Part shown: positions 38,930 through 51,300 of the stretch, in pieces
Position numbering within the stretch: position 1 is the stretch's first letter
Layout: the number at the start of each line of letters is the position of its first letter
Assembly (NCBI GenBank): GCA_973895155.1
Contig: OZ316894.1
Location: 8,518,234-8,582,233, forward strand
Reading direction: 5' to 3'
DNA length: 64,000 nucleotides
DNA from: Marsupella aquatica
Lineage: Eukaryota > Plantae > Marchantiophyta
Notes under the pieces: model-generated
Seen by the model: only the letters and a program-made list of their open reading frames with translations
The model's database searches: none
What the model was told of the DNA's origin: nothing
Translations under genes and position numbers: made by a program

Positions 38930-40745
38930 ATACTCACCTGAGCAGTGACATGATGGTACTTGTAGTGAACCGCACACTTGATTGAGTGCTTCACTCTGGT
39001 CATTATTTTGGTTGACAATTTGACCACCCATCCACCACTTCTCTTCGAAGTGCAATCGATGCCAAAACCTAGTAGAAAAGAGAAGAATTCATGTTGTTAC
39101 ATTCACATTAGCGAGCATTGAGTCAGGCATTGATTTGGGCATTCTGAAATGGAGAAACCGAGATCCCCATTGTGGCTGATTGACAACAATGACTTTGTCA
39201 CTGATAATTTCTTCTTGGGTGTTAGGAATCACCCAAGCTGGCCAAAAACAGTTCGCAAGCCATTAATTCCAACAGTATTTTGGAGGTGTGAAGGGATTTC
39301 AGGAGACATGGCCATCGACACAAGTGCTGCTCATCGCCTGGGCTCTCAGTCTTAACTAATACGTGGAGGACGTGCGAATGCTCGAAGGGTAGTTTTAATT
39401 CATTTTGAACTAATAATTATAATTATTACCGGTAATAAGGGAACTTTTATTGGTAAAATGGAAATAACAAGGGGTAAACATGAAAAGGGCCCGATCGCAG
39501 GGGGTCCACTTCTTTTACATGGAGTGAGGGCCCAGGGTGCTCATCAAGTGGGATAATTTCTTCGCATTCGCAGAGGAAATATTGCTGCAAGACGAGAGTG
39601 ACAAAGAATGCAACATCGCAAGTACGATCACTTCCTTGATGTCAACAATTTCTCAGGAGACAGGTGGCTATCAGGGACTGTGGTAACATTCATAGCCATT
39701 CTTCCTAAATGATATTGGGCACCCTAAATGATAATGTGGCACACCCACTTTTGTACAAAAAATTCACTTGGGCAGCCCCAGGCAGACTAATGAAACCAAT
39801 CGTAACAAGGGTCTTTCTTTTACTTGTTTTTGTTTCTAATGGTTCTCCCCTTGGCCTTTTTGGATTGGGGGCAGAAAATCCACTTGTTGTCCCACGTTCC
39901 TTCCTTGCTCTTTTCCCTTCCATAACGACTGAATAAATCCTGAAACAAGGCACTCCATACACATCGGCACCCCTCATTTAACATCAAGCCCTCCACCTCA
40001 ATTAGACTGTGTGCAAATAGTGACAACAGTGCAGAAAAACATCAAGAGAAACATTAGAAAAAACTAACCTCAATCCCTGCACATCGACAGCTTCCCAAAG
40101 ATAGCGCTACCTCCAAGAACAGCAACCCAATCTGAGTGGCGGCAACATGTACCAAAGAAATGAAGCCCTAAAGGATGTCAAGGCCTAGGCTTTGTCCAAC
40201 TCACAGGAATATGGAATCCCAGGCTCCCGCCCAGGCTTCGTCCAACTCACACAAAAATGATTGGGGTAATGGCATTCCAGGCTCCCCCCAGGCTTTGTCC
40301 GACTCACGTCTAGGCTTCAATTCTTTCCCCCAATGTGCCCCCGCCCTTGTCAAAAAATCATTCAAATGGTTTCCCCCCAGGTTCCCCAATACAAACCTAA
40401 AACCCTCCCAAAACCCTTGTACCCTAAACCCTTCAACACCTCGGATTTTGGGGCCCAAAAAATGGTACACTAGCTTCTAATGTCTCTAAGCTTGGCCTAA
40501 ACACGTGTTCCAGTCGGCGTTCCAATGATATGAAGCCACATGGACCAATGATATTGTGACATGTGGCACACTGTATTATGTCCCTCTTGAAACAAATGTG
40601 TGTTGCATTAATTTGGGCATAGTTATAAAGGGGTAGCTGCATAAAAATGTCTCTTGTTTTTTAACTCTATTATAAAAATTAATCTGGAATTGGATTTATC
40701 GCACCCTTCCCGTTTGGCCCATTATTAATAACACTAGGGTCCTGG
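38930..40745 (-). mobile_element. Degenerate element of the CCCTGGGCCC-TIR family inserted in the Harbinger, with possible CxC1-like coding remnant
   Basis: 40550-40745 resembles the right end of the 11513-12176 MITE. Minus-strand remnant reads LQQYFLCECEEIIPLDEQHLC/MSPEIPSHLQNTVGINGL. Left boundary not found. Confidence 0.45.
39336..39537. mobile_element. 202-bp MITE, same TIR family, 8-bp TSD TGCTCATC
   Basis: GCCTGGGCTCTCAGT ... AGTGAGGGCCCAGGG, with TGCTCATC at 39328-39335 and 39538-39545. Confidence 0.9.
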
Positions 40746-40759
40746 ATCTACATAGTGCT

Positions 40760-41230
40760 AAGTGTGCCTTGGCAATCCGACAGATGTAGTGGAAGGGGGG
40801 AAACATTTGCTCTCTCACCATAGAGTGCATGCATTCTCTCAAAGTGTGGAAAATCTTGTCAAGCTTGTCCTCCAGCGTAAAAGTTACCTGCCCAAAGCTT
40901 TGGCAGTGTTAGACCAGGTCCAAAATCCTGTTTCATAGCCAAAGACTCATTATATTTCTTCACATAACATGCAAACTTTGTACCCGGCCAGGGTGTCTCT
41001 TGTGCTGACAAATTTAGGGAAGCGTTGGCTATGCAGCGCCACCAACAACATTCAAAAAACCATTTTCTTGAGAGGATGCCTTGTATCCACAGGCAGCCTA
41101 AGAGGATCCATTCAACATTGCAAAGTTGTTGGGATCTTCAAGCTAGTTGACGATCTTACTCAAGTGATCTGCTGTGAGCTTGGGATTGACATTGGGTGCT
41201 GAAACATGGTGATTATTCGAGGCCACCATG
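40760..41230 (-). pseudogene. Harbinger ORF2 (DNA-binding partner protein) remnant
   Basis: KIVN*LEDPNNFAMLNG...KFACYVKKYN...GPGLT...TLEDKLDK/HFERMHALYGERANVSPP. Convergent with the Harbinger transposase. Confidence 0.6.
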
Positions 41231-41492
41231 TTTGCTTGAATTTATGTCGCTGTGAATCAGGCACTACCACTACTGTGGAGAGCTCCAAACAATTCTGAGG
41301 ATGTAAGACGCACCCTTATCAAATTAGCCATCCGTCCTCTTCTACTCTCGCACTTCAACATGGAAAATTAGGACTGGTATGTCACAAGTGTTCTGAGAGG
41401 GAAGCTTGAATTTTGGAAAATCTCTTCCCCTGGGGAATCAAATAGTATAAAATTTGAAAAAATGAATTTAATTAAAAAAATTGTACCCTTTA

Positions 41493-42027
41493 CCCTGTGC
41501 GTGCCCTCAGATTATGAAATCGAGTATGAAATAACAAAACATATGTGCAAACGTCCGATGAGTATTTTAAATCATTTTTGGAATTAATATTATAATAGGG
41601 TTGGAACAGAGTGTGACACCATACATATGTTGCCTTTGTTAGAACTTTGATATGTAATCCTAGAATAAAATTAGATGTCTATTGAGGTTTATGTGCTAAA
41701 GCCCCAAAGGCTTGCACGCTTTGCCAAATAATATATGGCGATACGTTTAATGAGTATATTTGCCTACTGAATGGCACATGAAATATTAATATGCATGCAT
41801 TATAAAATCTCTTTGTAAACAATTTTTTTATAACAAATGAATCATATTTTCAATCCTTAAATATGAAAGATTAATATGATAACCTAGGGGTCTTTTATAT
41901 AGGACTGAAATTTTGTTTTAGAACAAACAAGATAAATTTTAATGTCCTGCCAAAATGTAACAAGGGGTACCTGGGGGCTTTGGTCACAGGTACATCTCAT
42001 TACATTTCCCTTAGTGAGGGGCCAGGG
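41493..42027. mobile_element. 535-bp MITE, same TIR family, 8-bp TSD ACCCTTTA
   Basis: CCCTG(TGCG)TGCCCTCAG ... AGTGAGGGGCCAGGG, with ACCCTTTA at 41485-41492 and 42028-42035. Confidence 0.8.
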
Positions 42028-44195
42028 ACCCTTTATTATACTACTTTTGACAATTTTTTAAATACCAGCTTGTTGAATATAAAAAATAATATTTTTACCA
42101 AAATTGGATTTTTAAATTCCTTTAGTATAAGTGTTTGATTATGATTATTAGCCTGAGAAGATTAATAAAAACTTTTATTTGTTCACACCCTATTCTAATA
42201 ATATAACGAGTGATTCCCAAGGGAGCTCTACATTAAACAAAAGAAACAAGGCTCTGTGTAGACCAAAGTTAGGGCAAGGGTTCAAACGTAAAGTGAGTGA
42301 AAATTCCTTAACCCATGCCAAACCCACAACCATGGAGTCTTACGGCCCGCGTCAAACTTTGCACCCCTTCTTTCTGTATGCTCAAAAAGCCGGTCACGGC
42401 CTTGGTTTTGGGTACACTTTTTGCCGGGCACGTGCCCAAAACTACAATGGGAAAAACCACTAAGGGCATTAAGATTATAATTTTAAGTCCTGTTCATAAG
42501 GCATTGTGGGCCATGATGCCCCCAAAAACAATAGTATGAGGAAAGTTTTGAGCTGTTATTGCCCATAATGCCCTTGTAAGTGCATTAATATAGTGAGGGT
42601 GGCTTTACAAAGACAGTGGGGGCACTTGTGAACTTTTTCACCAAAAAAGTAAATTGTCACTCTGTATTCTAAAGATAGACTCCATATTATTGTTGTTTTG
42701 AAATGAACTTCAGTACATGCAAATCCCTTGAATGAAGGAGCCAAGTTTGCAAATGTTTGGACCACCATTGGAGTTGGTCTAAACTTCTAGACAAAATAAA
42801 CACTCCACTTACTTGGGTCCTGTCCAATGCTTGCCATGTAGGATCAATACTAAATACGAGACCTGACTGGGCCCTCAAGTTATTGTGAAGCCAACTGCAG
42901 CAGTTTCACTCTATATATGGTCTAAATTAAATCTTGGAGGGAAAGAAAAGAAGACAATGTGCCCCAATGTCTTGTTAAACTACCCCTACAACCAACTTGC
43001 ATGTAGCAGCCCTTATTTTACCTGCCCTTAGCAATCACAAAATGATCAGCAAAATAGATTGCAATTGACAGGAGTATTTGTCGCCTGCAACCACATGTGA
43101 CTATTTTGCTTTTGTCTTTTTGAGAAATCAAAGGTCAGGACCTTGAAAAGAGTAAAGTTTCCAGCCCTTGCCCTTAGAAGTCCACATCTTGTACTGTCAG
43201 GCCTGGCAAAGGAGGGGGTCAGGCTTCCATCTCTTGCAAGCTTACATCTGTCATGTGCCAGGTTGAAAGGCCGGAAAACATAAGGCGGCTCACTTGTGAG
43301 TTGGCTTTCAAACTGCCACTGTTTCCAAAGCAAAACCTAGAGCTCCAAATTACCAAATAGACAATAATGTTGAAAGAAAGTTTCAAAGTGTATATTCTGT
43401 TCTCCCCAAACCTGGTGGTCAGTGGCAGTTGAAATGCCTAAGGAATTTTCTCATTTTCCTATCTTTAGTAAAAGTAGACTGGAAGCTTCACAATGCCCCC
43501 AATCCAAATCTGGCGTGTACCGTAAGAGCACCTAAAATATCAAAGAGAAGGTATTAGATAAGATTCCATGGTTTCACATGACAAAGAAAAAGGGCTAGGG
43601 ACAAATATATATTATTCCAGTGCCAAAGGACAAAAACGCCAAATCAAATTCAATCTAATTTTGAGCAACCCAATCGAAGAAGGGAATGGGGAAAACGAAA
43701 CACTGGTCAACTTTAGATCCGGATGATGTGCATGGGGTTTGGTATCAGCCAGTTTGGTAGCTCGCCCTGCCCCGGCATAATCATAGATGACATAATGAAT
43801 CTATCTACAGTGAAAGATTGGACTACTCCTCTCCGTCAGCCACGTCGCTTTGCCCTCCTCACTCTCCTTTTGCTGTACCCCTTTTGTACACATTCCGTTC
43901 CCACCGTCGAACTATTTATACCCAGAGCAGAGTAGAAGAGTCGCTTGGAGTGGTACAGAACTCTTAGTCGATTGGAGAGGTGGAGAAATTTTGGTCTTCC
44001 TGGGTTTTTTCCTTGTTTACTCCCCTTTGGTGGGTCCTGTGCCTTTGGGATCCTTTCTACCGGTTTGGCGTTTGGGCAGTGTGATATAGTGGTGGAGAAT
44101 TTTGAACCCCAATTTAACACCGACACTGCACGGATAGAGTGTGAAGTCGAGCTGAATCGAGTCGAGGTATCGACCATTCCATCGTCTGGATCACG

Positions 44196-46488
44196 ATGGG
44201 GGCTTCCTCTGTGAGCAGTGGAGTGGTGGTTTCTCTGGTAGTCTTGGCGGTGGGATTGGTTGTGTATCCGGACCCTGTGGCTGATTACGTGAAAGCACAG
44301 CAGCAGGATGCGAAGAACTCTTTCTGGACCGTTGCAAACCTGCTGCGAATCGTGCACGTGACGGGCTTTGCTACCACCTTTGGCATGCAGTTGTGGGTGA
44401 GCTTCGTCGGTGGTGTCATCATGTTCAAGTGAGTGCATCGCTTTGTGCATTGGAACGGTCAGTCCAGTTCTAGCAATCACTTCCTCAATCCTTCATACTT
44501 TGTTTTTCCTCCTGCAATTCTTCTTTGTGCTTCAGAAGTTGTTTCGTTTCCAGTTTTATCAATGGTGTTAATTTCACAATACTCTTTCTCTAATGAATTT
44601 CTGAAACTGCTGTGATGCTGTATAATTCAAATCAGCCTTCTATCTCCCTCATATCCGTCAATCAATTGTTAATCCCCCCCAGCATAAAACCCCAATAGTT
44701 ACTTATGAGCGTCTAATCCTCTTCTATTACTGGGTTCTTGCCTCTTTTACTCAGTTCTTGTCTCTCATGAACAATTTGAAAAGAAATGTTTGTGTGTGTC
44801 GTCCGAGTTGTGCCTGTCGATTTAGTTGCTTTAGGAAACAAGACAGGTTGTGGTACTTTTATCTCATCAGTAGGTTTCGCCTGTTTTTAATTATCCCACA
44901 ATGGCCCCTATTGAAGGAACACGACGAGAGTTTTGCTGCGGCAGAAAGTTCAATCCTTTCTGAAAACCTGTGAAAAAGCTCTGGTGGAATAAATTCAGAT
45001 TTCACACGGCGTGGAATACTTAGCTCTCTCAGTAGCAGTACTTCCCAAGTGAAAAGCCACAAATTTTGTTGGAAGAGCTGCACTCGCAATTGGAGTTTGC
45101 CCTCTGAGTTTGCCCTCTGGGCCGTGGAGAGAAATCAGATTGTGACCTTATGTGAAGTAGGGAAGCTGTGTTGAGCCTGTGAAGTTTCAGAAACTGAATA
45201 TTCTTTCATGTGACTGGTTTTCGTTATGGTAAACTAAAGGAGTTGATCCGTGATATTCATTGTTAACATGATCGCGAAGGGAAGTAAACATGACTGATAG
45301 GCATGCTGGTTTTCTCTCGTGCTGAACTTTAGCCTCTTCCTTGGGAGAGGAAAATTTTGTTGTTGCCAGTTTGACCACTTGATCAATGCCTCTTTCAATA
45401 TAAAGCCTTCGGTAATACCGTCCAGTGTTTTCGGCCTATTCACCCATTCCTGACGTCTGCAAAGCTTAATATTGAAGAAGAAACCCCTCTCAAATTTGCA
45501 TGAAGCACTTGACAGCAGATTATGTAGAGCGGGAAGGTATGCTGGCGTGGTGGTTGTACAAAGCCAAACAAGTAGAATGAGGGTTTTCTATCAGACCTTC
45601 CTCTGGGTTTCATGTAGTTTTCTGACGAGAACCACAGCAAAGAGTGACAAGGATTTAACGTGTTATCTCTTTCATTAACGTTTGTATCAAATGACGATGG
45701 TGGCTGACAGCAAGTTTTTAGTTGGTTTGCCCAGATATCTTTTGACGTCGTTAAGCACTAGAGAATGTCAGCGAGTTGTGCTTGTTCATGTGGCATGGCA
45801 GCTACTTTTACCGTGAGCAACATTTAGAGATGGTGTATTACTGTTGTTGTGCAGACACCTACCAAGACACCAGTTCGGTAACCTGCAATCGCATATGTTT
45901 CCCGTTTACTTCAAGCTGGCTGCAGTGTCTTTGGCTAGTAACATATCAATACTATCCGTACTGCGTCCAGTGGCAACCTCTACGCTGTGGGAGACGCTCC
46001 AAATTGGGGCCCTTGGGTTATCATTGTTGTTTACTCTTACCAACTTTCTGGTTCTGGAGCCTCTAACTACAAAGGTAAACATTTGCTCCTGTCACTAAAT
46101 GCTGCTTGATATGTAATGTTAATGACATTTATTTGGTGAACGCAAAAATATTTTGTTAGATTCCTGATTATTCTTTGCTTTGCTAAATTCACTTTCACTT
46201 GTATGTTCATGAGACAATGATCTCTCGATGACCTCCACTGCTGAACTCATCCTGATTTTCTCAAATTTTCAGCTGATGCGGGAAAGGCATAAAGCTGAAA
46301 AAGAGGATGGTATTTCGACGGAGCCAGGTGTGAATAGGAAGAAGGAAATTGAGAAAGCAGGTCCCAAGTTGAGGGCCATTAACAAGAAGTTTGGTGCACT
46401 TCATGGGATCTCGTCTCTCATCAACTTGTTTGCTTTTTGGGGTTTACTTGTACATGTTGCCTACCTTGCAAGTAGGCTTTCTCTGTAA
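44196..46488 (+). CDS. TMEM205: TMEM205/DUF4149-family membrane protein, 3 exons
   Basis: Exons 44196-44428, 45855-46074 and 46273-46488 (GT-AG). HVTGFATTFGMQLWVSFVGGVIMFKHLPRHQFGNLQSHMFPVYF...NKKFGALHGISSLINL. Confidence 0.92.
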
Positions 46489-47604
46489 TCTGGAGCTTCA
46501 CTCAGCTAAGCAAATTACACTGGCTTTTTTTGCGACCGACTCTTAGAGTGACATGGTGCCTCGGCAGGAAAGTATGTCCCCTCCTCGCGTGGAAACATTC
46601 ATTAAGAAATATTCAATAGGAAACATTGATTAAGACTGCGCTCATTTTCCATGCAATGTTGTAACCGAATTCATTTACCTGTCATGCATAGGAATGACAG
46701 TTAAACCTGTCAGTTGTGATAAGTGACCAATTATTTATACGATTAGACATGCTCTCTGTCCTATGGGCATAGTGGTCAAGAGGTCGACCTCATTCTCAAC
46801 TGTAAGCTGAAAGATGGGATAATATTCAACATTTGAGGGTTTAGTTTGCAGTTCTGAAGTGGTATACATGACTCTCAGTGGGCACATCATTGTTGGGTGG
46901 AGATCAACACTACACTTTCCAATCCCAGAGTGTCTGTTACTAACCTCAAACTCTAATTAGAGTTAAGACCATTCACAGTCGATGAAGTCGATGTGAAAGA
47001 GTGCTAAGGCTCACAGATGATACACACGTTATTATTAGAAGAGAGAGTTGTAGGTAACAGTTATCTGGAGTCTTACGGGACAAGGCTGCTTGGATGGTTC
47101 AAAGGGATGAGGCTGAGTGGGTTAAGTGGTGATCATTTTATTCGCTTATGTCTGTTGTTGTCCCATGAGATAAGGAGAGTTCGAAAGGGGAATTCTAGAA
47201 TGAAAGATCCATCGTTTGAGGAGCTTCTCAAATTCTCATCAAAATCCTAAACTGCGAAGACGAGCCCATGCCTGTGTCAACTATGGAAATTAAAATTAAG
47301 GTGCGAGTCGGTCTCAGATACCGAGCCCAAGTTATCCAAACCCACAAGGCCCCCACGGTTTCTCAGCTCATCATCAGTCAAGAGTGAAGAATTACGGACA
47401 GCACGGAAGTGAAGTGTGACTTTTGGTTTGCAGGATGAAGCGAAATTCAGGGCGCATAAATTGGAGAGGTTTCAGCTCCGCTAGTATTGCTCAACTTTGC
47501 AATATTCCCCTGCATTCAGATGCATATCGTAGTGAAGATGGTTTGAAGAGAGACTTTCTCGCGGCCACAAACGTTGAAATGTCTTATAAAATTCATCAAA
47601 TTTA

Positions 47605-48370
47605 TCGGCCTAGTGGCACATAATTTAAGGATATCCACAACGTCCCGACTTTTCCAAGTCAGATTTATATCTCAAAGGTCTTTCGAATTCATTCGAGGAT
47701 GATCGGAACAAGAATTTGCTCTTGGAGAGAATATCTGAACGGACCACCAGTTTCAGATATTCAGTCAGAGAACGAGATCGGATTTCTGGCTATATTTAAT
47801 ACTTGACACCGTCTAACATGATCAGATCTAACCTTTGGAGTCAATCCATAATCACGGACCCAGCAGATCGCATATATCATATATTTAGAGGATACCTACG
47901 GCGTGTGGCTTTTCCATTCAAATCTATCTCAAGGGCTTGCTGAGAATATCTGAAAGGACAACCATTTTCAGAAATTTCAGCCATAGAACGAGATCGAATT
48001 CCTGGTTATAATTTAATACTTGACACAGTCTAACAGAATCAGACCTCATCTTTGGAATCAATCCTCAAGCACAGATCGCATAGATCGTAGAAAGTAAATC
48101 AAACTTTCGGGCCTGGTGGCACATGATTTATTGATATCCACAACGTCTGACTTTTCCATTAAGATTTACATCTCAAAGTACTTTTAATTTCATTCCAAAT
48201 GATCACAACAAGAATTTTCTCCTGCAGAGAATACCAGAAGCGACAACCAATTTCAGAAATTTCACTCTTAGAACGAGAATTTATTTCTGCCTTTATTAAA
48301 TACTTGACACATAACAGTATAAGGTGTCTGTGGAATCAATCCATAGTCCCGGACCCAGCAGATCGCAGGC
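47605..48370. repeat. Three degenerate ~250-bp tandem units
   Basis: Recurring GATATCCACAACGTC...TTTTCCA...GAGAATATCTGAA...AGAACGAGATCG...AATACTTGACAC...CAGATCGCA blocks. Confidence 0.8.
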
Positions 48371-51300
48371 AAACTCGGACCCGGCTACACACACTGATCC
48401 AAGCACGATGCTACCTCTCACCACCCAGGGTGAAAAGTGAATCTCGAATACAGAGACCATCGCATGAAATTCAAGGGTTGGTTAGCTCGACAACAAAGGA
48501 ATCAACCTCATTAAAATAAACCTTAGGGTAGGAAGCATTTACATGGAACGTGACCGCGCCCCTAACACAAGACTCATGTGTTATCCTTTGCTACGCTGAG
48601 AACCATAATAAGCATGTTCCCCCACATTTCACGCGATATTAAAATTTCCATGCGGATATCATGTTTGTAGAGGAAGTCTTGGATGACTCGCTCTCCGTTA
48701 AAAGTATGACAAAGCCAAACCTTTCTCGTTGGGATCAAATTTGAAGGGTTTCCAGAATATTCCAGACTTACAATCTCCTCAAAGCCCTAATTGGTGAGAT
48801 CCTGCCATGTGGCAGCATCTCATGCAAGGTAAACCCTAACATGCAAATGCCGGAACCCACAGTGCCTCTGCTCAAACCGACCTGCCCAACCTGCTTGCCG
48901 CGGCTTCCGGGGAACAATTGGGTTGGACCCAAGAAATGCCCCTTCCCACACAGATCCTTTGTCCAGATAGTATGTAAATTCGGTGGAGAAGAAAGGTTAC
49001 CGGTGTGGAACCATTTTTGGAGGTATTTGCCATTTCCATAATCTCCTGCTCAGAAAGTCATGATAGCTAACTTTAATTTGGATTGTAATTTGGTACTGTA
49101 AGCATGGTCTAGGTTGGGGTATCTAAGCATGGTCTAGGTTGGGGTACGTTCTACTTAGAACTGTTACTAGAAGGCTCAGAGGAGCTTTATTAACTTTTTT
49201 TCACTTTCTCCCAGGGTCCTCATTTCTTTTCTTCCGACCGATCCCGTGCAAAGAAGTTAGGGGTTTTTTTAATTCAATTGGGCGGAATACTTAAAACAAA
49301 TTGTAGGAGATAAATATGGGCATTCTAATCCAATTTTGATAATTATAAAAATTATAGGGGTTTTTTATTCAAAATTTTGGAATATTCCATAAAGTTCAAT
49401 AGGGGTTAAAAATAGTGAAAATATACATTTTTGAAAGGTTCTAAAGTGTTTATTACTTGAAAACTTTGTACATGATATGGGACCCCCCGAGCACTTTCTG
49501 GTCACACTTTACTTTACAGCCTCGTAACCTTGTGCCCAGAAGTGTCATTATCAGTCGCAGAACTCGACTACCTTAACATTTAGCTCCGGCGTCGCTGACT
49601 TCGACGTCGAGCTCCCTTATGGTCCAGGCCCGGATAGGCCATCCGGGGAGGACTTAGCATGGGGAGACTTGTGAGCAATGAGACGTGCCACTAGCGAGGC
49701 AAGGGGCCAAGCTGGGGACACACACTAAAGATTTGGACTAGCCTATGGCTGGTTGGGTCAAGGGGAAATGGGCCGAGCTCAAGGATGGCCGTCCGAGCCG
49801 TCGGATGGGCTTTGAGTTCTGAGGGCTTGGGAGTGAGCTCCTCTTGGGCCCAAGGCCAATGGAGTGGACGCCATTGGCAACGGACGCTTGGGGCGCGAGT
49901 TGTGGCCCAATCCGGGTTGGGCCAGTCGGGGGCCCCGAGCGGCGATCAGACCTGAGGGCCTAGGCATGAGCACTGGGTCGGCCCGGTCACAACGGGCTCC
50001 GCTTGCGGATGCCTATCAAGAAAGTTATGGGCGTTGCCAGTTGGTGGCGCGCCCATTATGCGCGATGGGATCCGGGTTGGGGGCCAAATGTTTAGGGACC
50101 AAAGTTGGTCCGGGGGTGGCAGGTCTCCAGAAGCATATATGAGGGGAGTGGCGTCTCCCTGGGGGCTAAGGGCGAGCCGAAGTCGTGAGCCGCGGCGGTC
50201 ACGACACTAAGGGAAACCGCCAAACGGAAATGACGATATCTTCCCAATGGGAAATTCGTTGGAGGACTTCTTAGGTGCGTTGGAAAGCTCTTCTGGGTCT
50301 GGGGGTGCCATGGGTTCTCGTGGTTTGCGGGTGTTAGCTTGACCACTTGCCAAATCCTGCCAAACAGCAGCCAAGCCGCGTTCAGCCTCCCAAGGGAGCT
50401 TGCGTTGGGAGGCAAGACCAAGTAGGTATGGAGGCTGAGTCCCAAGGGCGCTCGGTCCCTAGACCATCAGTGGGGTAAACTGGGAACGGTTGTTAGAGTT
50501 GGGGCCGTTCTGGTCCCGGCGTGTTGAGACAAGCTTGGGACAAGCTTTAGGACAAGTTACGCTACTTGGGCCATGAGCATGTCCTGAGGTCAGGGCGGTC
50601 AATTGGTGATGGATAGGTACGAGGGGGAACCCGGGCCGCGCCCAAGGAAGGAGCTGTCCTGGACGGACAGTGGGCGTGGGTTCTGGTTCCGGCTTATGGC
50701 ATCGGGAGGACCTATCGCTGACCTATTTACCAACATCTGTTGAGTTTGAGTTAGGATGCTAGACTTGGTGAGTTCTAGATCCGGAGGGGTTACTTACCGA
50801 GGTGCTTGGTTGTTTGTGCAGACGGTGAGGACCGTTGAGTAGCAGTCGTGTAGGTGAGCAAGTGCGGCTTCGTATGGGAGTGGCCGCAGGTGGTGCTAGA
50901 GGCACTTGGATGCTTGCTCGAGGTATTCCGTGGAGGCGTTCGAGCACCAAGGGCACTTAGTCGCAAGTGCTGGGATTGGTGAGGGCGCTGGGTGGCGAGG
51001 TCCACCACTTTATCCTATACATCATGTCTCCCCACACAGATCCCCTATCACGAGGGCAAAAAATTTGTAATCCAAAAAGTAGATTTTGTATTTTAACAAG
51101 GTCAGTTAAGCCTATTAGGGGTCTCAAAACAGGGCCGTATGGAAAAGTTAGGGGATACCAGTTGTGCCCATAAAACACCTTATGACCAAAATTTACGGGC
51201 CATTGGTTGGAGGGGGATATGCAGTGATGAGTTGTGGGTTCTCCGGCTAAGGGTAAGTGCTTTTGTCCAGTTCCTGACAGACAAGCCAAGCGTATTACCT

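Noticed and set aside
37695-40752. CCCTAGGCCCCAAG at 37718 as a left TIR pairing with 40745, giving a Harbinger with an 8-bp TSD (GATCTACA)
   Set aside because: The putative TSD is 15 bp away from the TIR-like motif, and Harbinger ORF2 lies outside (40760-41230). A nested insertion explains the layout better.
43836-44480. 214-aa His-rich minus-strand ORF
   Set aside because: Antisense shadow of TMEM205 exon 1 and its 5' UTR.
48577-51050. Solo LTR bounded by TG...CA
   Set aside because: No matching 4-6-bp TSD at any candidate boundary.
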